Assembly: GCA_937868875.1 (NCBI GenBank)
Contig: CALMNP010000417.1
Coordinates: forward strand, 1-44,170
Reading direction: 5' to 3'
DNA: 44,170 nucleotides
Source: an uncultured Bacillota bacterium
GTDB lineage: Bacteria; Bacillota; Sulfobacillia; JAMDAP01
A program made the translations under genes and the position numbers. The stretch's first letter is position 1; the number at the start of each line of letters is the position of its first letter. Below, piece by piece: positions 7,252 to 19,959 of this stretch. The notes under the pieces are model-generated. The model had not been told where the DNA came from. It saw only the letters and a list, made by a program, of their open reading frames with translations, and did no database searches.

Positions 7252-7887
7252 ATGACCAACATGAAAGTTCGCGTCATGGACCACCCGCTGATTCAGCACA
7301 AACTGGCCTTTATCCGCGACGTCAACACCACGCCCAAGGAGTTCCGCGAACTGGTGGAAGAGGTCTCGATGCTGATGGCCTACGAGGTCACCCGCGACCT
7401 GCCTCTGGAGGACGTCAAGGTGCAGACCCCGCTGGAGATGGCGAACTGCAAGGTGACCTCCGGCAAGGCCCTGGGCATCGTGCCGATCCTGCGCGCCGGT
7501 CTGGGCATGGTCGCCGGCATGCTGCGTCTGGTGCCCAATGCCAAGGTGGGCCACATCGGCGTCTACCGCGACCACGATACCCTGAAGCCGGTGGAGTATT
7601 ATTGTAAGCTGCCCGCCGATGCCCCGGAGCGGCAGATCATCGTCTGCGACCCCATGCTGGCCACCGGCGGTTCAGCCAACATGGCCATCAACTTCATCAA
7701 GGAGCGCGGCGTCAAGAACATCAAGCTGATGTGCCTCATTGCCGCTCCGGAGGGTGTCCGGGCGGTCAACGAAAAGCACCCGGACGTGGAGATCTTCGTT
7801 GCCGCGGTGGACAGCCACCTCAACGAGCACGCCTACATTGTGCCCGGCCTGGGCGACGCGGGCGACCGCCTCTTCGGCACCAAGTAG
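7252..7887 (+). CDS. upp: uracil phosphoribosyltransferase
   Basis: [56 protein letters not shown] lies upstream of ATG 7252; ATG 7261 is an alternative. Confidence 0.95.
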   Translation: MTNMKVRVMDHPLIQHKLAFIRDVNTTPKEFRELVEEVSMLMAYEVTRDLPLEDVKVQTPLEMANCKVTSGKALGIVPILRAGLGMVAGMLRLVPNAKVGHIGVYRDHDTLKPVEYYCKLPADAPERQIIVCDPMLATGGSANMAINFIKERGVKNIKLMCLIAAPEGVRAVNEKHPDVEIFVAAVDSHLNEHAYIVPGLGDAGDRLFGTK

Positions 7888-7889
7888 TG

Positions 7890-8348
7890 ATGGAGGAACG
7901 CGAAGGCCGCCCCGGGTGGCACGACTATTTCCTGGAGATGGCGAAGCTGGCGGCGACGCGGTCCACCTGCCCCCGGCGCCATGTGGGAGCGGTCCTGGTC
8001 CGCGATCACCGCGTCATTGCTACAGGCTATAACGGCTCCGTCAGGGGAGACGACCACTGCGACGACGTGGGCTGTATGATGGTGGACGGTCATTGCCGGC
8101 GCACCCTGCACGCTGAACTCAACGCCTTGCTGCAATGTGCCATCACCGGTGTCTCCAGCGTGGACACCACCATGTACTGCACGGACTTCCCCTGCGTCGA
8201 CTGCGCCAAATCCATGGCGCAAGCGAGAGTGCAACAGGTGATTTACCTGGCGGAGTACCCGGATGACAATTCGGCGCAGGTCTTGCGCAAGGCGGGGGTC
8301 AAATTGCTGCGGGCGCACCCGGCTGGGTCCGGTTACGTCCTGGAGTAG
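7890..8348 (+). CDS. deoxycytidylate (dCMP) deaminase, ComEB family
   Basis: Zinc-deaminase motifs HAELNAL and PCVDCAK, plus WHDYFLEMAKLAATRSTC. ATG 7890 follows the upp stop immediately. The upstream part of the ORF-track frame overlaps upp. Confidence 0.88.
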   Translation: MEEREGRPGWHDYFLEMAKLAATRSTCPRRHVGAVLVRDHRVIATGYNGSVRGDDHCDDVGCMMVDGHCRRTLHAELNALLQCAITGVSSVDTTMYCTDFPCVDCAKSMAQARVQQVIYLAEYPDDNSAQVLRKAGVKLLRAHPAGSGYVLE

Positions 8349-8411
8349 CGACAGTTGCGACAGGCCGGTCCTCCTGCGGCACATGGAGCCAATACGCTTA
8401 CATTCCGTCGG

Positions 8412-8440
8412 TTGACAGTCCCTGGCAGGTGGCCTACAAT
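8412..8440 (+). promoter_or_regulatory. near-consensus sigma-A promoter
   Basis: TTGACA (8412..8417), exactly 17 nt, TACAAT (8435..8440). It lies ~115 nt upstream of GTG 8555. Confidence 0.6.
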
Positions 8441-8554
8441 GGATGCGGCTGTGTGGCCGAATGGCGTTTTTTCGCGATGCGACAACCTCTCATGGGTCTT
8501 GCTGTTGTTTGTTGCAACCCGCGAGACGCCGGCCGCACCAAATGAGGTGAACCC

Positions 8555-9598
8555 GTGCTGACCTACATCAAGGCCTTCAGTTATGCTCTGCTGGTGGCCT
8601 ACGCTCTCACCCCGCTGGTTCGCATACTGGCGATCAGAGTGGGAGCCCTGGACAAGCCCGTCGAGCGCAGCGTCCATACGGAGCCGAAGCCTTACCTGGG
8701 CGGCATCGCCATTTACCTGGCCTTCTCCATTGCAGCCATCGCCTTCATCGGCTGGCAGATGCCGCTGGTGCGGGGCGTGGTTCTGGGCGGCGGCCTGATT
8801 GTCATCTTCGGCGCCATTGACGACTTCCTCCACCTGTCGGCGAAGGTGAAGCTGCTGGGCCAGATCCTGGCGGCCCTGCTGCTGGTCGTCACCTACGGCG
8901 TGCGCGTGGACTTCCTGACCAACCCCTTCGGCGGCATGTTCTATCTGCATGATTGGGCCATTCCGCTGTCGGTTTTCTGGGTCGTGGCGGTGGTGAACGT
9001 GGTCAACCTGGCCGACGGCCTGGACGGTCTGGCCGCGGGCATCTCCAGCATCGCCTCGCTCACGCTGCTCTTCGTCGGCATGTTCCAGGAGAGCCCCCTG
9101 CCGATCCTGCTCATGACAGCGGCTCTGGCGGGGGCGGCCCTGGGCTTCCTGCCCCACAACTTCAACCCGGCCAAGATCTTCATGGGCGACGCCGGGGCCA
9201 TGTTCCTGGGCTACGCTCTGGCGGCCGTCTCCATTCAGGGCACCCTGAAGAGCGCCACCGGTCTGGCCCTGGGCATTCCCGTGCTGGCTCTGGGCTTGCC
9301 CATCTTTGACACGGCCTTTGCCATCGTCAGGCGGACGGGCAACGGCCGGAAGTTCTACGAGGCGGACCGCGGGCACCTGCACCACCGCCTCATGCAGTTG
9401 GGCCTGTCCCACCGCGACACGGTGCTGGTGATGTACGCCGTCTCCGCCTGGCTGGGCGTCTCCGCCGTGGCCATCAGCGAGATGAGCTTCTTCCCGGCCC
9501 TGGTGGTCATGCTGGCGGTATCGCTGGCCATGGTGGTGGCGGCCCGACGAGTTGGCGTTCTGGACTTCGGCGCCAAGCGCCACCACGTGTCGCACTAG
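8555..9598 (+). CDS. tagO: glycosyltransferase family 4: undecaprenyl-phosphate GlcNAc-1-phosphate transferase (TagO/WecA-like)
   Basis: Polytopic membrane protein with NVVNLADGLDGLAAG and PAKIFMGDAGAMFLGY (MraY/WecA family). Confidence 0.88.
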   Translation: MLTYIKAFSYALLVAYALTPLVRILAIRVGALDKPVERSVHTEPKPYLGGIAIYLAFSIAAIAFIGWQMPLVRGVVLGGGLIVIFGAIDDFLHLSAKVKLLGQILAALLLVVTYGVRVDFLTNPFGGMFYLHDWAIPLSVFWVVAVVNVVNLADGLDGLAAGISSIASLTLLFVGMFQESPLPILLMTAALAGAALGFLPHNFNPAKIFMGDAGAMFLGYALAAVSIQGTLKSATGLALGIPVLALGLPIFDTAFAIVRRTGNGRKFYEADRGHLHHRLMQLGLSHRDTVLVMYAVSAWLGVSAVAISEMSFFPALVVMLAVSLAMVVAARRVGVLDFGAKRHHVSH

Positions 9599-9627
9599 TG
9601 GCGGCGAATGAGGACAAGACGATGCCT

Positions 9628-9653
9628 GGAGGGTTGGGATTCCCCAACCCTCT
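9628..9653 (+). terminator. terminator-like hairpin after tagO
   Basis: A 10-11 bp stem, GGAGGGTTGGG / CCCAACCCTC(T), with a 4-nt loop ATTC. Only TT follows, so it is weak as an intrinsic terminator. Confidence 0.35.
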
Positions 9654-9734
9654 TGCCGTGCCCTTCGGGCCAGGCGCTTGCGGCGCGGCGGCGACCCGGG
9701 CCGCGAACCCTCTGAAAGAGTGGAGGTTCCCCGT

Positions 9735-10919
9735 TTGAGTTCAGGAACAGATTCCCGCCGCACCGTTATGACCATCTTCGGCACCCGGCCGGAAGCCGTG
9801 AAGATGGCGCCCGTGGTCAAGGCTCTTGCGGCCCGGCCGGAGCGCTTCGTCGTGAAGGTGGCCGTGACCGCCCAGCACCGGGAGATGCTGGACCAGACTC
9901 TTCGCCACTTTGACCTCAGGCCCGACCATGACCTCAACATCATGCAGCCGAGGCAGACCCTGGCGGGCATCGCCACGCGGGCCCTGGAAGGGCTGGACCG
10001 GGTGCTCGAGGAGAGCCGCCCGGACCTGGTGCTGGTCCATGGCGATACGGCCACCACCTTCATTGGCTCCCTGGCCGCCTTCTACAGGCAAATCCCCGTC
10101 GGGCACGTGGAGGCCGGCCTGCGGACAGACAACAAGTATGACCCGTTCCCGGAAGAGATGAACCGCCGGCTGACCGGCCAGGTCGCCGACCTGCACTTCG
10201 CCCCCACCCCCTGGGCCCAGGCCAACCTTCTGGCGGAGCGGGTGGACAGGAAGTACCTCTTCGTCACAGGGAATACTGCCATTGATGCCCTGTTCCTGAC
10301 CCGCCGCAGCAACCACCGGTTCGCCGAGCCAGGGCTGCGCTCGCTGGACTTCGCATCGCGCCGTGTCATCGTGGTGGATACCCTGCACCGGCGCGAGAAT
10401 CTGGAGCGGATGGGCGGCATCTACGGGGCCATCCGCCGCCTCGCCGAGGCCAGCCCCGAGGCCCATCTGGTGGTGCTGATGCACAAGAACCCCGCCGTCC
10501 GGGATGCTGCCGCCCCGGTCCTGGCGGGCCTCACCGGCATCACCCTGCTGGACCCCCTGGACTACCCCGACTTCATCAATCTCATCCACCGCGCTTACTT
10601 CGTCATCTCAGACTCGGGCGGCGTGCAGGAGGAGGCCCCGTCCCTGGGCTCACCCGTGCTTCTGCTGCGCGAGACCACGGAGCGGCCGGAGGCCATCGAG
10701 GCCGGGACCGTCCGCATGGTGGGCACCGACCCGGATGCCATCTTCGCCGCGGCGCGGCAGCTTTTGACGGACGACACCGCCTACCGCGCCATGCGCGAGG
10801 CCGGCAATCCCTACGGCGACGGCCTGGCCTCGGAGCGCATCGCCGACGCGCTCGAATACTATTTTGGCTGGCGGGCCGAACCGCCCCGGCCATTCTCCCC
10901 GGCTTCCGCCAGAGCCTGA
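9735..10919 (+). CDS. mnaA: UDP-N-acetylglucosamine 2-epimerase (non-hydrolysing)
   Basis: TIFGTRPEAVKMAPV, HVEAGLRT, DSGGVQEEAPSLG. TTG 9735 lies 8 nt after GGAGG (9722..9726). ATG 9768 is an alternative start. Confidence 0.9.
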   Translation: MSSGTDSRRTVMTIFGTRPEAVKMAPVVKALAARPERFVVKVAVTAQHREMLDQTLRHFDLRPDHDLNIMQPRQTLAGIATRALEGLDRVLEESRPDLVLVHGDTATTFIGSLAAFYRQIPVGHVEAGLRTDNKYDPFPEEMNRRLTGQVADLHFAPTPWAQANLLAERVDRKYLFVTGNTAIDALFLTRRSNHRFAEPGLRSLDFASRRVIVVDTLHRRENLERMGGIYGAIRRLAEASPEAHLVVLMHKNPAVRDAAAPVLAGLTGITLLDPLDYPDFINLIHRAYFVISDSGGVQEEAPSLGSPVLLLRETTERPEAIEAGTVRMVGTDPDAIFAAARQLLTDDTAYRAMREAGNPYGDGLASERIADALEYYFGWRAEPPRPFSPASARA

Positions 10920-11172
10920 CGGGGTGGGTGTAAGCCCACGCCCGAGTTAAGCAGATGGAGAAAACCCGAGCCAATACGCGATTTTGGGCCTCCAACGGCC
11001 CATTTCCTGAAACTGGGACATAATCCGAAAAAAATGTTCCCGGCACAGAAGGATAAAGGACCATCCAAATCGAATATGAACGACTCGTGCAGCAGGATAG
11101 CGCCTTGTGTGAAAACTGTACTTTGCAAAAAGTCCCACAGGTACAGCCGGCTCCCCATGGGGAGGTCTCGCC

Positions 11173-11397
11173 GTGAAGTTCTTTGACCGCGAGAGCCCGG
11201 TCGGCTCCCTGATGGGAGAAGCCTTGGCCTTCGGAGCCACCCTGGCGCTCTCCAGCATAGGTGCTTTCTACCTGGGGAAGTATCTGGACGGGCGCTGGGG
11301 GACGGACCCCTGGCTGTCCGTCATCCTGCCCATTCTGGCCATCGGCGGCTCCTTCTACCGATTCATCCGCCGGATTCTGGCCAACTCGGGGGAGTGA
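11173..11397 (+). CDS. atpZ: AtpZ/ATPase_gene1-type small membrane protein
   Basis: 74-aa two-TM protein with FYLGKYLDGRWGTDPWLSVILPILAIGGSFY, directly ahead of atpI. Confidence 0.75.
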   Translation: MKFFDRESPVGSLMGEALAFGATLALSSIGAFYLGKYLDGRWGTDPWLSVILPILAIGGSFYRFIRRILANSGE

Positions 11398-11406
11398 CGC
11401 CCGCCC

Positions 11407-11694
11407 TTGACCTGGCGATGGATCGCCCTGGGGCTTCTTGTTGGCGGCGCCGTATCCGTGATCAATCACTGGATGTCGCTGGCCACGGTTCGGCGGACGG
11501 AGACCAAGGACCCCTTCGCCAACCAGGGCGCCATCATGGGAAGCTACTTTCTGCGACTCTTTTCAGCCGGCATCGTCCTCTTCTTCCTTCGTGAGCACAC
11601 GCCGGCTCTATTGTCCAGCCTGTTCGCCCTTACAGCGTTTCAGATCTTCCTTATTCTCTACACCACTTCGGAAAGGAGGGAGGGCGAGAAGTGA
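11407..11694 (+). CDS. atpI: ATP synthase protein I
   Basis: 95-aa hydrophobic protein between atpZ and atpB. Its stop overlaps the atpB start (GTGA 11691..11694). Confidence 0.75.
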   Translation: MTWRWIALGLLVGGAVSVINHWMSLATVRRTETKDPFANQGAIMGSYFLRLFSAGIVLFFLREHTPALLSSLFALTAFQIFLILYTTSERREGEK

Positions 11695-12515
11695 ATCCAC
11701 TCTTGTGGGCCATGGCTGAGGAAGGCGCCAAGGAAGCGACTCATGGGCCGGGGCCCCTGGCGGTCATCCCCATTCACATTCCCGGCCTCCTGCCGGAGGG
11801 CCTTGAGATCACCAGCCGCGTCACCACCATGTGGGGCGTCATGGCTGTGCTTCTGATCCTCGGCTGGCTCGCCGGCCGCAACGTGAAGCGCCTCCCGTCC
11901 GGCGTCCAGAATGTGATGGAGATGCTCATTGAGGCGGTTCAGGGCATCATCGGTCAGGTGATGGATCAGGAGCGCACGCGGCAGTTCACGCCGCTGCTTA
12001 CATCTATCTTCGTCTTCATCCTGGCCTCCAACTACTCCGGCCTCCTGCCCGGATTCGGCCATCTGCCGGGCCTGGCCGCTCCCACCAGCGGGTGGGGCGT
12101 GACCGCCGGCCTGGCCATCATTATCTTCTTCAGCGTCCAGATTTACGGACTGAAGAAGAACGGCATCAAGGTGTACAAGCACATGGTGGAACCCTGGTTC
12201 CTGTCACCTCTGATGCTGCCCCTGGGCCTCCTGGAGGAGTTCACCCGGCCTTTCACGCTGTCCATCCGTCTTTACGCCAACATCTTCGGCGGCGAGATGG
12301 TGGTGGTGGCGATGCTGTCGGCCATTCCCTACTTCCTCCCGGTGCTGCCCCTGGCTCTTGAAGTCATCTTCGGCGCCATTCAGGCCTTCATCTTTACGCT
12401 TCTGTCCGCGGTCTACATCGCCGCGGCCACAGAGGACCACGGCCTGCACGCCGAGCACCACGCTGAAGGGCCGCACGGCCTCGGCACCACCGAGGCGGAC
12501 GCTCTCAGCCATTAA
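11691..12515 (+). CDS. atpB: F0 ATP synthase subunit a
   Basis: Polytopic membrane protein carrying the conserved essential-Arg segment LSIRLYANIFGGEM. Has an unusual His-rich C-terminal tail. Confidence 0.93.
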   Translation: MNPLLWAMAEEGAKEATHGPGPLAVIPIHIPGLLPEGLEITSRVTTMWGVMAVLLILGWLAGRNVKRLPSGVQNVMEMLIEAVQGIIGQVMDQERTRQFTPLLTSIFVFILASNYSGLLPGFGHLPGLAAPTSGWGVTAGLAIIIFFSVQIYGLKKNGIKVYKHMVEPWFLSPLMLPLGLLEEFTRPFTLSIRLYANIFGGEMVVVAMLSAIPYFLPVLPLALEVIFGAIQAFIFTLLSAVYIAAATEDHGLHAEHHAEGPHGLGTTEADALSH

Positions 12516-12647
12516 CCTGTCATCAATTTCCTCCCCTCATTGTGAGGCCCGCTCAAAGCAGCGGGTCGGCCTTGGGACGGCGCCTGAGGACGGAGGAGTT
12601 GCGAAACCCACTTGTAGATCCCCATCAGGGGAAAGGAGGGGAACGTT

Positions 12648-12881
12648 TTGACTAATATGGTTTGGTTTGGCGTGGCCGCTGTCATCGCTCTGGCCATCGC
12701 CGCCTTTGCCTCCGCCACCGCTCAGGGCCGCACGGCTTCTGCCGCCATGGACGCCCTCTGGCGTCAGCCCGAGGCCGCCGGCCGGATTCAGACCGCTATG
12801 ATGCTGGCCCTGGCCTTCATGGAAGCCCTGACGCTGTTCGTTCTGGCCGTTGCCTTCGGCCTCCCGGCCGTCATTCGCTAG
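12648..12881 (+). CDS. atpE: F0 ATP synthase subunit c
   Basis: 77-aa hairpin proteolipid with the RQPE loop and carboxylate in AFMEALTLF. GGAGGGG lies 6 nt before TTG 12648. Confidence 0.93.
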   Translation: MTNMVWFGVAAVIALAIAAFASATAQGRTASAAMDALWRQPEAAGRIQTAMMLALAFMEALTLFVLAVAFGLPAVIR

Positions 12882-12997
12882 CAGGCCCATGTACCAGGGG
12901 CGGGGGTGGCCGGCAGCGGTCACCCCGGGCCCCTGACCGGACCCGTCCAAAGCCGTCCCAATCCAGGTCCGCGAAGCTTTGAGAGGGGGGAGCCCAT

Positions 12998-13479
12998 TTG
13001 GAGTTCAGCCTTCACGAACTGATCTGGGCCATCATCAACTTCCTCGTCTTTCTCGGCTTGATGAGCTTTCTGTTCTACAAGCCGGTGCTGAAGATGCTGG
13101 ACGATCGCAAGAATGCCATCGAAGGCGGGCTCGCCCGGGCGGAGGCCGCCCAGCGCGAGGCCGACGACCTGCGCCGTCAGTATCAGGCGCAGATCGGCCA
13201 GGCTCGTACCGAGGCCCAGGATATTGTCGCCACGGCCAATCGTGCCGCCCAGTCCGCCAAGGAACAGATCACGAACGAGGCGCGGGAAGAGGCCGAGCGC
13301 CTCATTCAGCGCGCCCAGGAGAGCATCCGCGTGGAGAAGGAGCAGGCCATCGCCGCCCTTCGCCAGGAGGTGGCCAGCCTTGCGGTCATGGCCGCCGGCA
13401 AGGTCCTGGAGAAGACCCTTACCATGGAAGAGCACGGCGAGCTGGCTCGCCGGTTCGTGCAAGAGGCAGGGGAAGTCCA

Positions 13480-13483
<4 letters not shown>
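12998..13483 (+). CDS. atpF: F0 ATP synthase subunit b
   Basis: One N-terminal TM segment followed by a long charged Ala/Glu/Arg-rich helix. Operon position fits. Confidence 0.9.
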
Positions 13484-15580
<2,097 letters not shown>

Positions 15581-15619
15581 CCCCAGCCGGCTCATCCAGA
15601 GGAAAGGTGGTGAAGGTCC

Positions 15620-16528
15620 GTGGCCGGAAAGCGTGATATCGTCCGGCGCATTCGCGCCGTCCGCAGCATTCAGCAGATGACCAAGGCGATGAAGATGATC
15701 GCCGCCGCTTCCCTGCGGCGCTCCCAGGCTAAGGTCATCGCCGCCCGGCCCTACGCCCGGAGCCTGCAGGACATGCTGCTCCGCCTGGTGGGGACGGACG
15801 CCAACCTGAAGCACCCGCTGGCCGAGCTTCGCCCGGTCAAACGCACCGCCTACGTGGTAATCACCGGCGACCGCGGCATGGCCGGGAGCTACAACGTCAA
15901 CGTCATCCGCCTGGCCAGCGCGGCCTTGCGCCAATCAGAGAACGACACTGTGCTCATCCCTGTCGGCCGCAAGGGGCGGGACTTCTTCCGCCGCCGCGGC
16001 TACGCCTTCGCCCATGAGATTGTGGGCCTCGGCGAGGAACCGGGCTTCGGCCAGGCCAAACAGCTGGCGCAGACCCTGATGACCATGTTCCTGAACCAGG
16101 AGGTAGACGAGGTCCGCCTCATCTACACCGAGTTCATCAGCGCCCTGCAGCAACGGCCGGCGGACGTGCAGTTGCTGCCCATCACCCCGGTGAGAGGCAA
16201 AGACGACTTGCGGGGTGCAGGCGCCCCGCCGCAAGAGGCGGAGGGCGGCGGGCAGCCCACTGCCCCGGTGGAATACATCTACGAGCCCTCGGCAGAGGCC
16301 GTTCTCAGCAGCCTCTTGCCCAAGTTCGTGGAGGTGCAGGTCTACCGGACCATCCTGGAGGCCAAGGCCTCCGAACATGGCGCCCGCATGACCGCCATGG
16401 GGTCCGCTACCGACAACGCCGCAGACATGATCGCCAGGCTCACCCTGGCCTATAACCAGGCCCGCCAGGCGGGCATCACCCGCGAGATTTCCGAAATCGT
16501 CGGCGGCGCCGAGGCCCTGGGCGGCTAA
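15620..16528 (+). CDS. atpG: F1 ATP synthase subunit gamma
   Basis: RRIRAVRSIQQMTKAMKMIAA at the N-terminus and ITREISEIVGGAEAL at the C-terminus. Confidence 0.95.
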   Translation: MAGKRDIVRRIRAVRSIQQMTKAMKMIAAASLRRSQAKVIAARPYARSLQDMLLRLVGTDANLKHPLAELRPVKRTAYVVITGDRGMAGSYNVNVIRLASAALRQSENDTVLIPVGRKGRDFFRRRGYAFAHEIVGLGEEPGFGQAKQLAQTLMTMFLNQEVDEVRLIYTEFISALQQRPADVQLLPITPVRGKDDLRGAGAPPQEAEGGGQPTAPVEYIYEPSAEAVLSSLLPKFVEVQVYRTILEAKASEHGARMTAMGSATDNAADMIARLTLAYNQARQAGITREISEIVGGAEALGG

Positions 16529-17986
<1,458 letters not shown>

Positions 17987-17989
17987 GCC

Positions 17990-18442
17990 ATGGCCGCCGA
18001 TACCCTCACCCTGCGCGTGGTGACGCCTGAGAACACCGTGCTGGATGGTGTGACGGTGGGTGCCATGGTTGTGCCCATGAGCGAGGGCTACCTGGGCATC
18101 CTGCCGAACCACGCCCCCATGGTGGCGTCTCTGCGCATAGGCGTCCTGAAGTTCAAGGCGGGCGACACCTACCGGGCCATGGCCGTGGGCGGCGGCTTCA
18201 TGGAAGTCGCCGACAACCAGGCGACCGTCCTGGTCGACACCGCGGAGGTCGGCGACAGCATCGACGTGCTGCGCGCCAAGGCCGCGCTGGAGCGGGCCCA
18301 GAGGCGCCTCGCCGAACGCCAGGGCAACCTGGACTACGCCCGGGCCGAGGCGGCCCTGCAGCGGGCGCGGGCGCGGCTGCGCGCTGCCGAAGAAGCCCGC
18401 GGCTCCAGCGGTCCCGGCATCACCCCCCGCGACCTGGACTGA
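17990..18442 (+). CDS. atpC: F1 ATP synthase subunit epsilon
   Basis: LRVVTPE...GILPNHAPM beta-sandwich followed by a C-terminal helical hairpin. Last gene of the operon. Confidence 0.93.
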   Translation: MAADTLTLRVVTPENTVLDGVTVGAMVVPMSEGYLGILPNHAPMVASLRIGVLKFKAGDTYRAMAVGGGFMEVADNQATVLVDTAEVGDSIDVLRAKAALERAQRRLAERQGNLDYARAEAALQRARARLRAAEEARGSSGPGITPRDLD

Positions 18443-18461
18443 GCCTCCACCGAGCATCTCC

Positions 18462-18490
18462 AAGGCCGAGACCATGGTCTCGGCCTTTGT
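18462..18490 (+). terminator. intrinsic terminator of the atp operon
   Basis: Palindrome AAGGCCGAGACC-AT-GGTCTCGGCCTT followed by TGT, 20 nt after the atpC stop. Confidence 0.6.
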
Positions 18491-18593
18491 CCGTACCCGG
18501 GCGCGGCGAGGCAGTTCTTTCCTGACGGCACGGCCTTGCGCCCAGGGAGCCCCGCCTGTATCGTGGGGTACAAGATGAAAGGAGGAGTCCATA

Positions 18594-19067
18594 GTGATGG
18601 ACGACGTTCTGAAAAGGCAGGAGGCCACCTTGACGAGGTTGCCCGCCCTGGTGGAGGGGCTCTCCGAGGCGGAACTGGCCTGGCGTCCGGCGCCCCACAA
18701 GTGGTCGGCCAAAGAGATCGTCTGCCACCTGGCGGACGTGGAGTTGATGTACGGCGCCCGCTACCGCTGGGTGCTGGCCGAGGACCAGCCGCTGTTGATC
18801 CCCTTTGACCAGGACCGCTTCGCCCAGGTCCTGGACTACGCCGGAGACGACCTGCAGGCGGCCCTGGAGCAGTTCCGGGTGCTGCGCCGCCGCAATCTGA
18901 GCCTTCTGGAGAGGCTCCTCCCCACCCGCGGCGAGCGCACGGGGTTGCACCAGGAGCGGGGGTCGCTCACGCTGCGCTCCATTGCCGAGAGCATCGCGGC
19001 CCACGACGAAAACCATCTGCGGCAGATCGAGGAGCGCATCCGCGGCGCCCGGGCGGCGTCCCGATGA
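18594..19067 (+). CDS. DinB-family (DinB_2) metal-dependent protein
   Basis: WSAKEIVCHLADVE ... AAHDENHLRQI gives the His triad spacing of DinB-like four-helix bundles. AAAGGAGGAG lies upstream of GTG 18594 / ATG 18597. Confidence 0.75.
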   Translation: MMDDVLKRQEATLTRLPALVEGLSEAELAWRPAPHKWSAKEIVCHLADVELMYGARYRWVLAEDQPLLIPFDQDRFAQVLDYAGDDLQAALEQFRVLRRRNLSLLERLLPTRGERTGLHQERGSLTLRSIAESIAAHDENHLRQIEERIRGARAASR

Positions 19068-19864
19068 AGCTGCTGAGTCAAGTCCGCCTGGTTCTCACCG
19101 ACCTGGACGAAACCCTGCTCACCGACGACAAGCAGGTCACACCCCGGACGATGGCAGCCATACGCCGGCTGGAGGAGGAGGGGGTGCGTGTGGCCCTCTG
19201 CACCGGCCGCGCCGTGGAGGCCACGCGTCCGATCGCCGAGAGCCTGGGCCTTCACCACCTCGTCTGCTGCAACGGCGCCCTGGTGCGCAACAGCGCCGCC
19301 GTGCTGGCCGAGCAAACCATGCCTCCGGAGGTTACGGCCGAACTCGCCCACTTCTTTGGCAGCCATGGCGTGGTGTATTACCTGATGACGCCGGAGGGCT
19401 TCTACGTCAGCGAAATCAACGAGGCCGTCAACCGGGCCTCCCAGATGCGGGGGTATGCCCCGCCGCTTCTTCAGCCCGGCCAGGAGTACACACGGGCCCA
19501 CAAGGTGATGGCGCCCGGCGCCGGCCCCCTGTTCGCCAAGACCCAGTCTCACTTTGGCCACCTGGCCCACATCATCTACCATCCGGACTACCTGGAGATC
19601 GCCCCGGAGGGCATCGACAAGTCCTGGGGCGCGCGGCGGTTGGCCGCCCACCTGGATGTGCCGCAGCACCAGGTGATGGCCTTCGGCGACGCGCTGAACG
19701 ACGTGGAGCTGCTGGCCTGGGCCGGCGTCGGCGTAGCGGTGGCCAACGCCATGGAAGAGACCCGGCGTGCCGCCGACTTCGTCACCCTGTCCAACAACGA
19801 GGAGGGTGTGGCGGAGGTGCTGGAGCGGGTGCTCCGGGCGCGCGAGGCAGGCGAGGACGAGTAG
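19064..19864 (+). CDS. Cof-type HAD-IIB family hydrolase
   Basis: Motif I LVLTDLDETLL and motif IV FGDALNDVELL. ATGA overlap at 19064..19067. Confidence 0.85.
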   Translation: MKLLSQVRLVLTDLDETLLTDDKQVTPRTMAAIRRLEEEGVRVALCTGRAVEATRPIAESLGLHHLVCCNGALVRNSAAVLAEQTMPPEVTAELAHFFGSHGVVYYLMTPEGFYVSEINEAVNRASQMRGYAPPLLQPGQEYTRAHKVMAPGAGPLFAKTQSHFGHLAHIIYHPDYLEIAPEGIDKSWGARRLAAHLDVPQHQVMAFGDALNDVELLAWAGVGVAVANAMEETRRAADFVTLSNNEEGVAEVLERVLRAREAGEDE

Positions 19865-19865
19865 C

Positions 19866-19914
19866 AAAAAGGCCCCGCTCCGGTGCTTCCATGCAGCCGG
19901 GGCGGGGCCTTTTT
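19866..19914. terminator. bidirectional terminator between convergent genes
   Basis: AAAAAGGCCCCGC (19866..19878) pairs with GCGGGGCCTTTTT (19902..19914). A/T runs on both sides would serve the HAD gene (+) and the mreB paralogue (-). Confidence 0.7.
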
Positions 19915-19959
19915 ACTTTCAGGCGACGGGAACGAACGGGGGGCACCGCCTGCCAGGCG

